In this document: positions 1-6,460 of the stretch, piece by piece
How the letters are laid out: every line of letters starts with the position of its first letter
Position numbering within the stretch: the stretch's first letter is position 1
Notes under the pieces: model-generated
The model's database searches: none
The model's input: only the letters and a program-made list of their open reading frames with translations
What the model was told of the DNA's origin: nothing
Virus genome (UHGV): UHGV-0058547
DNA from: a virus
Length of the DNA: 11,709 nucleotides
Reading direction: 5' to 3' (one strand)
Made by a program: the position numbers and the translations under genes

Positions 1-699
1 ACCGGAGGAAGTAGGAACAGTAGCGGACTCACCACCACCGGACTCACCACCACCGGACTCACCACCGCCAGACTCACCACCACCATTTTGGGGGGTTGAG
101 GGTTTATCAGAGGGGTCAGCTACAGCACCTGTAGGCTTCCATGTTGCAGCGCAAACAGTACCATCACCCTGACAAACAATGACACCAGTAGCCTCATATT
201 CACAGCCGTTATAGTAGATATAGCGACCACCATCATATGAATCAACATTATTAAATACACCTTCTTCTGGCGGCTTCGCTTCACAAATTTCTTCTGGTGT
301 CGGGTCAGTAGGTTTTTCATCAGGAACAGAACGCTGAATATTACCAACAATATAAGCCGTTAAAGACCAATATTTATCCTTCTGCCCTGGTGAATCGCTG
401 TAAGTACAATCGCCAGTAAAAACAAGACGGAATTCAGAATCAGGCCAGATACCCTCATAAGTTGGTTTAATCCGAGTAAATACACTCTGAGCACTGGATT
501 TAGCACCCTGACAAGCGGAGGCCTGCATAGCAGCATCAATATAGTAAACCGTTATCTTAGAGCCATCCTGATTGGTTATTTGCTTACTTTCAGCATAGGC
601 AGAACTTTGATAAGTGGATTTAGTAATGCTTTCCCATGACTCAGCATGTGAAAAAGGAGAAATGAGGACAGCGGAAAGAATTAATATTTTCCTTCTCAT
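1..699 (-). CDS. gIII: Adsorption/minor coat protein pIII, N-terminal portion (partial; ORF runs off the left edge)
   Basis: ATG at 699 on the minus strand; signal-peptide-like [19 protein letters not shown]. The motif [28 protein letters not shown] resembles the M13 g3p N1 (TolA-binding) segment YEGCLWNATGVVVCTGDETQCYGTWVP (recalled) and is preceded by about 150 aa of another domain, an IKe-like domain order. It ends in (GGGES)4. The frame is open from 699 to 1; I translated 1..141 and the start codons myself. Confidence 0.85.
   Translation of the reverse strand, partial: MRRKILILSAVLISPFSHAESWESITKSTYQSSAYAESKQITNQDGSKITVYYIDAAMQASACQGAKSSAQSVFTRIKPTYEGIWPDSEFRLVFTGDCTYSDSPGQKDKYWSLTAYIVGNIQRSVPDEKPTDPTPEEICEAKPPEEGVFNNVDSYDGGRYIYYNGCEYEATGVIVCQGDGTVCAATWKPTGAVADPSDKPSTPQNGGGESGGGESGGGESGGGESATVPTSSG
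25..84 (-). repeat. Four tandem 15-nt repeats (ggactcaccaccacc and variants) encoding the (GGGES)4 linker of pIII
   Basis: Direct reading: copies at 25-39, 40-54, 55-69 and 70-84; translation on the minus strand gives GGGES four times. Confidence 0.9.
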
Positions 700-707
700 A
701 GTAACCC

Positions 708-736
708 GCTTTAATAAAGGGGCAACGAGTGCCCCT
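708..736 (-). terminator. Candidate rho-independent terminator after gVIII
   Basis: On the phage strand: 7-bp stem AGGGGCA / UGCCCCU (718-724 pairs with 730-736), 5-nt loop, then U-rich UUAUUAAA. It sits between the gVIII stop (746) and the gIII start (699), where Ff phages have the strong gVIII terminator. Confidence 0.5.
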
Positions 737-745
737 GAGTGAAAT

Positions 746-988
746 TCAAACCGCTTTTGAAGAGAATTTTTTGAAAATACGAATGGCAAGCCCAGCGCCA
801 ACCACAGCAACAACAACAGGCCATACTTTACCAATGAGATCATTTGCCTGAGTCAACAAAGCATCCATTGCCTGACCTGCATAATCAGTACCACCTGTAG
901 CGCCTTCAGCCGCAAAAGAACTTGCAGAAATAAAAAGCGCAGTTGAAGCCAGAGCAATTTTATATTTAACAGTAGACAGAATTTTCAT
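746..988 (-). CDS. gVIII: Major coat protein pVIII precursor
   Basis: 80 aa with signal peptide ending SSFA|AEG; mature part AEGATGG...[26 protein letters not shown] closely resembles the M13 (…FKKFTSKAS) and IKe (…FKKFSSKAV) coat proteins (recalled). GGAG 9 nt upstream of the ATG. Confidence 0.93.
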   Translation of the reverse strand: MKILSTVKYKIALASTALFISASSFAAEGATGGTDYAGQAMDALLTQANDLIGKVWPVVVAVVGAGLAIRIFKKFSSKAV

Positions 989-1007
989 AGGAATAACTCC
1001 ATTAAGG

Positions 1008-1103
1008 TTACATTAATCGGTCAGAAAATGATTTAAATGAACCGACCGCATAGAAAAGGGCAAAACCAAAGGTATAAGCCCCGAAGAAATAAACGATATA
1101 CAT
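1008..1103 (-). CDS. gIX: Minor coat protein pIX-like (31 aa, hydrophobic)
   Basis: MYIVYFFGAYTFGFALFYAVGSFKSFSDRLM. The ATG overlaps the gVII stop (TAATG). Size, hydrophobicity and position match Ff gIX; no strong sequence identity is expected. Confidence 0.7.
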   Translation of the reverse strand: MYIVYFFGAYTFGFALFYAVGSFKSFSDRLM

Positions 1104-1189
1104 TAACGAAAGACCCCCGCAGTAATCGCGCCGAGGCCAAAAGAAATAACGATGCCAGACGCTATCAAAATTTGAATAACATCGTCCAT
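1103..1189 (-). CDS. gVII: Minor coat protein pVII-like (28 aa)
   Basis: MDDVIQILIASGIVISFGLGAITAGVFR, translated by hand from the minus strand. The C-terminal half resembles M13 pVII ...ISVVLCFALGIIAGGQR (recalled). Lies between the gV-position ORF and gIX. Confidence 0.7.
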   Translation of the reverse strand: MDDVIQILIASGIVISFGLGAITAGVFR

Positions 1190-1191
1190 AT

Positions 1192-1509
1192 TTAACCTTT
1201 GATCTCTGCGATGCCACCATCGGAAGCAACATTATAAGTTACACCTTCCCTACCCTCCATTGACCACGCACGGACATAGACAGGAATTTGAACTAATTTC
1301 CCAATGAAAGCATTCGCCTGGTTCATTAGACCTGCGTTAACGAGAGCCTGAGAAACTCGAATAATAATTTGATCCTGCTTTGTACCACCAAAACCATCAG
1401 GTATTTCAAGGCCAATACCAATTTCATTATAATAGCCCTGACCATTAACTTTATTACGTTGGCGGGCTCCCAACATTTTACCCTTAACGAAAAGACCATA
1501 ATTAGACAT
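1192..1509 (-). CDS. 105-aa protein in the gV position; candidate ssDNA-binding protein
   Basis: ATG at 1509 with AAGGAA 7 nt upstream; placed between gII and gVII as gV is in Ff phages. Longer than Ff/IKe gVp (87-88 aa) and not obviously similar to M13 gVp by eye, so the function is assigned from position only. Confidence 0.55.
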   Translation of the reverse strand: MSNYGLFVKGKMLGARQRNKVNGQGYYNEIGIGLEIPDGFGGTKQDQIIIRVSQALVNAGLMNQANAFIGKLVQIPVYVRAWSMEGREGVTYNVASDGGIAEIKG

Positions 1510-1520
1510 ATTACTTTCCT

Positions 1521-2615
1521 TTAATGCCAGCTACTGGCGTGCGAAATACGGTTGTAATCGAAAATAAAACCTTTCTCATAAATCCATAAGGGGATTTCCG
1601 CTGGCTTGGCTTCCAGCGTTCTTATTAGCGGAACAACGTTATTAGAGTCTGGTGAATCACAATAGAAATTAATATCGATACCGAACGAAAGCAATTCTCT
1701 TCTATGGCGATAAAAAGTGTTATGAGGTAACATTTCTTTCATGTTAGCCCCTTGTTTCCAAAGTAAATAAGTTGACTGTATTTTTCTTGGCAGTTTCGTT
1801 ATTTTTTCATCACTTAAAATAGCATTCTGATTCATTTCTATTCTCCCTACATATTCAGAGAATAATTGACGTGGTGTTTTCATATTCCAGTTAGCGCCAA
1901 GCGTTAAATTTAAATCAATAAGCTCAGTTGTTCTTAATGTTAATTCAATACGTAATTTATCTTTCGTCCAGTCCAGTAACCCGGCTCGTACAAACTCTTC
2001 GGCTATCTGGTGCCCTTTTTTACCAGAAACGTGTTCATCATATTTTGAATAAAATTTCAGACTCCATCGACGGGAGTTTTTACCTAAATAAACTGTACCG
2101 CCTTTCCCACATGCGCGACCATGGCGTGTTTTAGCTTTAAATTCGGCGGCATAAAGCCATGATCTGACATTTTCCAGCGTAGATAATGAATACATGTAAT
2201 TAATGTCAATACGTGAAATTTTATACTGACCTGCCATAACGGCTTTATAAGACGCTAAATCATGAGGAATATTCAATAAGGATAAAATCCTGGCATAGAC
2301 CGTCAACATGAGCCCTTGTATATCATCCGACCCAACAACAGAATGCCCCTGCAGAAACTTGGAAGGATTACCATCAATGTACAAATGTGTCGCTTTACCT
2401 TCGCCATTAGATCCTATCGATCGTACTTTCATCGTTGCTTCATGCGAACCGCGAACAGTCAGTCGCTTAACGGTTTCCCACTCAATTGCACCGTCAGCAT
2501 CAACGCTGACAACACTCCCCGCCGGAAGCGGTTTGTGTGTGCAAGGGAAAATCCCGGTAAGCCAATCGATCACGAATAAATCCTCAAAATTACAAAAATG
2601 ACGACTTACTAACAC
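1521..2615 (-). CDS. gII: Rolling-circle replication initiation protein pII
   Basis: 364 aa. GNPSKFLQGHSVVGSDD and SNNVVPLIRT align with M13 pII KASPAKVLQGHNVFGTTD and CNNVVPLVRF (recalled). The only in-frame start after the upstream stop is GTG at 2613-2615, with no obvious SD, so the start is uncertain. An in-frame internal start for a pX-like product is possible but not resolved. Confidence 0.85.
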   Translation of the reverse strand: MLVSRHFCNFEDLFVIDWLTGIFPCTHKPLPAGSVVSVDADGAIEWETVKRLTVRGSHEATMKVRSIGSNGEGKATHLYIDGNPSKFLQGHSVVGSDDIQGLMLTVYARILSLLNIPHDLASYKAVMAGQYKISRIDINYMYSLSTLENVRSWLYAAEFKAKTRHGRACGKGGTVYLGKNSRRWSLKFYSKYDEHVSGKKGHQIAEEFVRAGLLDWTKDKLRIELTLRTTELIDLNLTLGANWNMKTPRQLFSEYVGRIEMNQNAILSDEKITKLPRKIQSTYLLWKQGANMKEMLPHNTFYRHRRELLSFGIDINFYCDSPDSNNVVPLIRTLEAKPAEIPLWIYEKGFIFDYNRISHASSWH

Positions 2616-2742
2616 ATGAGTTCAGTAGTTCATTAGTGTTTTAACATTACACCAGTGAGCTAGTGAGTTCAAGAGGATTGGATGATGTGAGTTCATGAGC
2701 ATGTATACTCACTTCAAATATTGCATTGAACGAGCGTAAAAA
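2616..2742. promoter_or_regulatory. Divergent control region between gII and the RHH gene, with three copies of GTGAGTTCA
   Basis: Copies at 2617-2624 (TGAGTTCA, overlapping the gII start), 2663-2671 and 2687-2695, plus partial GTGAGC at 2655-2660. A TATACT -10-like hexamer sits at 2704-2709 ahead of the RHH ATG at 2743. No -35 element identified. Confidence 0.45.
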
Positions 2743-2925
2743 ATGGCAAAGCGCACGACTTATAACGTGACGGAAGAAAGAAAAATGAAACTAGAACGAC
2801 TGGCTATAAATGCCAGTGTAAAACTAGGAAAAACAATTACATGGACAGAGATTTTAGGTTATCTGATTGATAACTACTCTAAAGATGCAGCAGAAGATCT
2901 CATGTCTGCCAAACAAAAGGATTAA
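2743..2925 (+). CDS. Small ribbon-helix-helix (CopG/Arc/MetJ-like) DNA-binding protein; candidate phage repressor/regulator
   Basis: 60 aa. Basic N-terminus plus alternating strand KRTTYNVT, then helix EERKMKLERLAINASVKLG, loop and second helix ILGYLIDNY: the classic RHH pattern. Transcribed divergently from gII, as rstR is from rstA in CTXphi. Confidence 0.6.
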   Translation: MAKRTTYNVTEERKMKLERLAINASVKLGKTITWTEILGYLIDNYSKDAAEDLMSAKQKD

Positions 2926-2943
2926 GTACCACGAATGGTACAA

Positions 2944-2970
2944 ACGTGCAGTATTACCTACACTGCACGT
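2944..2970 (+). other. Stem-loop (8-bp stem ACGTGCAG / CTGCACGT, 11-nt loop) followed by TCTTTATT; possible attenuator/terminator or protein binding site
   Basis: Direct reading: 2944-2951 is the reverse complement of 2963-2970. Lies between the RHH stop (2925) and the next ATG (3014). Confidence 0.3.
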
Positions 2971-3013
2971 TCTTTATTGTGCGGATTTTGAACAGCAACA
3001 AAGGATCAAAAGG

Positions 3014-3436
3014 ATGAGTAGAAATAACGAAACAAGCGGCGTTGAACTGGTTGTTGTAGGCGTATTTGCTTTCTGTCTGGCAGTTGTTGCCTGGCTAATG
3101 AAAACTTTCGATGTTGAATGGCAAACAGCACTGGAAACTGCGCCTGGCCTGATAGTCTGGCTGCTTGTTGTCGGTGCGGGGATCTTTTTCGGGATCAAAA
3201 TGGAAACTGGCCTTATTCGCTGGGGTGCTCCACTGGCGATCGCCCTTCTGATTCCGGTATTCAAGCCAATTCTTAAGGAAGCTGCCGGAGTTCGTGAAAC
3301 GGGTGGGCTGGTTTTCGATGATATGGTTTCGTGGTATGGAACTGGCTGGGGAATGTCTCTGATGTTCTTCGGGATTCTTATCGTCGGATACGGTCTGCTT
3401 TATTGGTGGCACAGAAGGAATTCATATTATTGGTGA
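3014..3436 (+). CDS. 140-aa integral membrane protein with four predicted TM helices; function unknown
   Basis: ATG at 3014 preceded by AAGGA. Hydrophobic stretches ELVVVGVFAFCLAVVAWLM, GLIVWLLVVGAGIFFGI, APLAIALLIPVF and MSLMFFGILIVGYGLLYWW. The longer track ORF from 2867 lacks an RBS, and its extension is unlikely. Confidence 0.6.
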   Translation: MSRNNETSGVELVVVGVFAFCLAVVAWLMKTFDVEWQTALETAPGLIVWLLVVGAGIFFGIKMETGLIRWGAPLAIALLIPVFKPILKEAAGVRETGGLVFDDMVSWYGTGWGMSLMFFGILIVGYGLLYWWHRRNSYYW

Positions 3437-3502
3437 ATGTCAATCACTTGAATTTACAGGTTTTTTATAATTTCAGCCCGCGCTAGTTTGATATTGTGAA
3501 AG

Positions 3503-4084
3503 GTGAAGATGAGTATGCAACCGAATGAAGAAATGGACCTCAGGAAATTTTACGCAGAGGGAACAGCTGACTACTTAAAAACTAAAATCAAAAAAAGCGA
3601 ACGACTTTTAAAAATAAACCAATATCTATCATTTGCCCTCCCTGTCCTAGTTGGAGGATACGCATCGGTTGATCACAGCTCCAAATATTTTGATTTTTTA
3701 GTTTGGGGCACAGGGATATTATCAGTGATAGTCTTGCTTTCTAATTTATACACACTGGTCATGAAGACTGATGAAAATTTATCTCGATATCTGGAATCAT
3801 ACTCTTTCAATAAACTCCTAACTGATTTGTATGGCGAACTGTCGAGCATGTTTAAATCAAAGACAGGCAACCAGCAACCCGCTAACCATTTGTTTTCAGT
3901 GATAAAATCAAAAGATGACTTCAATGCCAAGGAAGATGAAAAATATGTTAGCAATAATGATAAGAAACGGATTATGTTCGACATTCTGGTAAAGAAAAAT
4001 AAAGAATGCGTACGTTGCAATAAAATACCGACTAAATTTAACAAGCGGAAAGGTTGCACAAATTGTGGCAATCTCGTGAAATAA
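3503..4084 (+). CDS. 2-TM membrane protein with C-terminal CxxC-x12-CxxC zinc ribbon (SLATT-like topology); function unknown
   Basis: N-terminal helix, then TM hairpin YLSFALPVLVGGYASV / LVWGTGILSVIVLLSNLYTLV, a charged helical region, and C-terminal ECVRCNKIPTKFNKRKGCTNCGN. Start ambiguous between GTG 3503, ATG 3509 and ATG 3515; GAAAGG precedes. Confidence 0.6.
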   Translation: MKMSMQPNEEMDLRKFYAEGTADYLKTKIKKSERLLKINQYLSFALPVLVGGYASVDHSSKYFDFLVWGTGILSVIVLLSNLYTLVMKTDENLSRYLESYSFNKLLTDLYGELSSMFKSKTGNQQPANHLFSVIKSKDDFNAKEDEKYVSNNDKKRIMFDILVKKNKECVRCNKIPTKFNKRKGCTNCGNLVK

Positions 4085-4095
4085 AGGAGAAACAA

Positions 4096-4287
4096 ATGAG
4101 TTATAAAGTAGATCAAGTCAAAGCTCTCTGGCTTCAATTGACTGATGCGGAGAAAAAAGAATTTACAACATATCTTTTTAATGGTGAAAAAAAATCCTTA
4201 CGTGAAGGATTCGAAAGTTTTAGTGTGAATAAAAGCACTACAATGCAATTTGGTGATGCAAACGTCTGCCCTGCTTGCGGAAAATAA
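4096..4287 (+). CDS. 63-aa small protein ending in CPACGK; function unknown
   Basis: AAAGGAGA 5 nt upstream of the ATG at 4096; begins 12 nt after the preceding stop (operon-like); followed by a strong terminator. Confidence 0.5.
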   Translation: MSYKVDQVKALWLQLTDAEKKEFTTYLFNGEKKSLREGFESFSVNKSTTMQFGDANVCPACGK

Positions 4288-4329
4288 AATCTAAAAGATT
4301 TTGGTTCGCACAATGACGTTATGCTAAAG

Positions 4330-4366
4330 AGGCCGCTGCGGGATTCGATTTTCGCAGCGGCCTTTT
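4330..4366 (+). terminator. Rho-independent terminator ending the RHH/membrane-protein operon
   Basis: 11-bp GC-rich stem AGGCCGCTGCG (4330-4340) pairing with CGCAGCGGCCT (4353-4363), 12-nt loop, then TTTT. Confidence 0.75.
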
Positions 4367-4396
4367 CAACATAACGAGTCCTACATTATGCGCACC
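4364..4396 (-). other. dif-like XerC/XerD recombination site (site 2), long central region
   Basis: Minus strand reads GGTGCGCATAA-TGTAGGACTCG-TTATGTTGAAA. E. coli dif is GGTGCGCATAA-TGTATA-TTATGTTAAAT. XerC arm 11/11, XerD arm 9/11, central region 11 nt. Confidence 0.65.
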
Positions 4397-4555
4397 AACA
4401 TAAACCAAGGGAGAATCCAGTGATTTGTGGACATCCTTGTTCTCGCAGAATATGGATGTGCTGAGTCTGGTTGGTTCGCCTAACGGTTGAAATGTCTTGC
4501 GGCCTTCACTGGGCTTGTTGAGTGTTCTGAATGTTCGCTTCAGGAACTGATTCAA

Positions 4556-5647
4556 ATGAAACGATTAATACTTGCTGCGACTGTAATAAGTGCAAGCCTG
4601 CTGCCATTTACCTGTTCGGCAAATGCCGACTCACTGGGTATCAATAAAGACTGCGATAACCATCCTGTCAGCCAGTACGGCATGGACACCATTACCGCAT
4701 TCAGTCAGTACAAGACGGAATCGAAAAAATTTAAAGATGCACTGACTGCGTTCTGCAATAAAGGCAAAACCATGGGCGACATGGGATTTGAAGCTGCCAA
4801 TGCTCACTCTCTTGCTGAAGCAAGGAAATGGACTGACTCCAGTCTTCCGGGGGGAAATGAAGAGCAGAAAAAATTTTCAGCAGCCATGGGGAGCCTGCTT
4901 TACTATGCAATGCTGAATGGATTCTCTGGTTTTGACTATCCCAGGTCGCCCGAGCAAAAAGAAAAATCAGTAAGCACATTTAATCCAAATGAGATATGTG
5001 ATGACATATCATCTAAAGCAGCCAAATATTCAACCTCGAATCTCCCCCCTCAAGTACAGATTTCATTAGCTGAGTGGAATCAAATCAAAGGCGAGTTTCA
5101 GATGGTGTGTTTTGCGGGAGTTATGGCGGGTAACAATCGCCAGTCGGTTGACTCAAAAATATTGGCTGGAATGAATGATATAGGCCCAGAAGTGAATTTG
5201 AGTGCTTATCGTTCTGGTTCGGAATACCCAAAGCCTCGCAGCAAAAACAACACGGAAAAAATTGATGCTACAGCAAGGGAGAAAGCGGCTGCAAAGAAGA
5301 AAGCAGATGCAGCCAGAAAACAAAGTGCCACCAACAAAACAAAGCAGGCTGACGATTATAAATCCAGGAGTGTTCGCCTTGACTCCCCCGATTTTCAACG
5401 CTTTCAGTCTTCACTCAGAAATGAATTTATGCGGCGAATTGGTGATGCGAAGCGTTTTTCAGGAAAAGAATGTTCAATAAATGTCTGGATGTCACAGAAA
5501 GGTGAGGTTCTGTCAGCCAGGAAGGAATCCGGAGATGAAGAGCTTTGCTCTGTGGTATTGCAGGCATCGAAGGGAATGAGGCTTAGCCCTATGAGTAATG
5601 AAGTTTACGGAGTGTTCCGTAATCCATCCCTCAACTTTAAATTCTAG
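4556..5647 (+). CDS. Secreted (signal-peptide) protein with K/A-rich helical linker and C-terminal TolA domain III-like domain
   Basis: Likely start MKRLILAATVISASLLPFTCSANA (signal peptide) at 4556, AGGA 10 nt upstream. C-terminus GKECSINVWMSQKGEVLSARKESGDEELCSVVLQASKGMRLSPMSNEVYGVFRNPSLNFKF aligns with the E. coli TolA C-terminus GKTCTLRIKLAPDGMLLDIKPEGGDPALCQAALAAAKLAKIPKPPSQAVYEVFKNAPLDFKP (recalled). Preceded by a Lys/Ala-rich stretch like TolA domain II. No TM anchor. Confidence 0.7.
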   Translation: MKRLILAATVISASLLPFTCSANADSLGINKDCDNHPVSQYGMDTITAFSQYKTESKKFKDALTAFCNKGKTMGDMGFEAANAHSLAEARKWTDSSLPGGNEEQKKFSAAMGSLLYYAMLNGFSGFDYPRSPEQKEKSVSTFNPNEICDDISSKAAKYSTSNLPPQVQISLAEWNQIKGEFQMVCFAGVMAGNNRQSVDSKILAGMNDIGPEVNLSAYRSGSEYPKPRSKNNTEKIDATAREKAAAKKKADAARKQSATNKTKQADDYKSRSVRLDSPDFQRFQSSLRNEFMRRIGDAKRFSGKECSINVWMSQKGEVLSARKESGDEELCSVVLQASKGMRLSPMSNEVYGVFRNPSLNFKF

Positions 5648-6102
5648 TTCATGCCGGGTAAGAGTCTTCACTTTTGTGGGGATTCTTATTTTCTTTTTGT
5701 TGTTATTGTCAGCTCAAGCCGCATGGCTCTCCTGCGGAGGGCTTAATATTGGGATAATATTGAAACATCAAAGACAGATGCAGATAAGTACAGAAAACCG
5801 ATAATAACAATTAAACAGTAAGTCTGTATAAGAGAATAACAGAATATATAAAAGAATTAACCCCGGTTGGCGATTTGGCGATGGTAACACAGATATTTAA
5901 ATCTGTAAAATGGTTATATTTATTTTTTTATTTACCCACCCTATCGGGTGATTCCGGCGCAGTCCTGACCCTGAGTACGCTCCCTGTAATGCACCATGCG
6001 CAACGCCAGAGTCAGTGGCAATGCAAAGCCATGACTAAGGCCAAAATCACCCCAAAACCGCATACAGGCAGTCAGCGGTCACGATGTAAGCAAAATACGA
6101 GA

Positions 6103-6122
6103 TACTGTATAAATAAACAGCC
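6103..6122. promoter_or_regulatory. LexA (SOS) box-like palindrome TACTGTATAAATAAACAGCC
   Basis: CTGT-N8-ACAG with an AT-rich spacer; 16/20 matches to the E. coli consensus TACTGTATATATATACAGTA. Contains a TATAAA -10-like hexamer. Lies in an 0.8-kb noncoding stretch about 340 bp upstream of the HNH_3-like gene. Confidence 0.5.
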
Positions 6123-6460
6123 CTGCAATTGTCAGGCATATGCGCCCTCTCACACTGACACCCCCCCTGTTCCGCCCTGTTTATTGCATCTGTACAGCCA
6201 TCTGAGCGCATCCGGCTGCAACCTGACGCATTTGCATGTGCCGTATTAATGATGCCACACAGAGCGCCTGACGGTTTGTACCATCATCTGTCACAATTCA
6301 TTGTTTGAAAAATTTTACATTTTATTTTTTGAAGTGATTACATAAATATAATCCATCTCTCCGGCATGAGTGCCTGACTGAAGGTGAATCGAAAAAGAAG
6401 GACCCGCCCCGATTCTTTTTACTCCCTTCCCTTTCAGTTAAATCACGCAGGAGAAATATC

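Noticed and set aside
120-350. 76-aa minus-strand ORF
   Set aside because: Lies inside gene III in a different frame; the pIII frame carries the recognisable domains.
1008-1232. 74-aa minus-strand ORF spanning the gVII/gIX region
   Set aside because: An artefact of reading through in the gIX frame; the region is better explained by two short genes (gVII 1189..1103 and gIX 1103..1008), as in Ff phages.
1928-2601. Plus-strand ORFs 1928..2134, 2308..2601 and 2316..2579
   Set aside because: Antisense to gII, no RBS, no recognisable motifs.
2867-3013. N-terminal extension of the 189-aa track ORF
   Set aside because: No RBS at 2867 and it overlaps the RHH gene; the ATG at 3014 with AAGGA upstream is the more credible start.
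2974-3412. Minus-strand ORFs 2974..3264 and 3095..3412
   Set aside because: Antisense to the 4-TM membrane gene; composition mirrors the sense strand.
3673-4137. 154-aa minus-strand ORF
   Set aside because: Antisense to the 2-TM zinc-ribbon gene; no RBS.
4319-4555. 78-aa minus-strand ORF
   Set aside because: Runs through the terminator hairpin and the dif-like site; no RBS.
4487-4555. Upstream extension of the TolA-like ORF (MKCLAAFTG...)
   Set aside because: The downstream ATG at 4556 gives a canonical signal peptide and has an RBS; the extension is unlikely.
4731-5480. ORFs 4731..4979(-), 5153..5398(-) and 5202..5480(+)
   Set aside because: Overlap the TolA-like gene on the antisense strand or in an alternative frame.
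5598-6249. Plus-strand ORFs 5598..5804 and 5875..6249 in the long noncoding stretch
   Set aside because: Low-complexity Cys/Pro/His-rich translations with no RBS; more likely noncoding or a decayed remnant.
6386-6420. GAATCG...CGATTC inverted repeat followed by TTTTT, as a possible terminator
   Set aside because: Only a 6-bp stem with an 18-nt loop; too weak to call.
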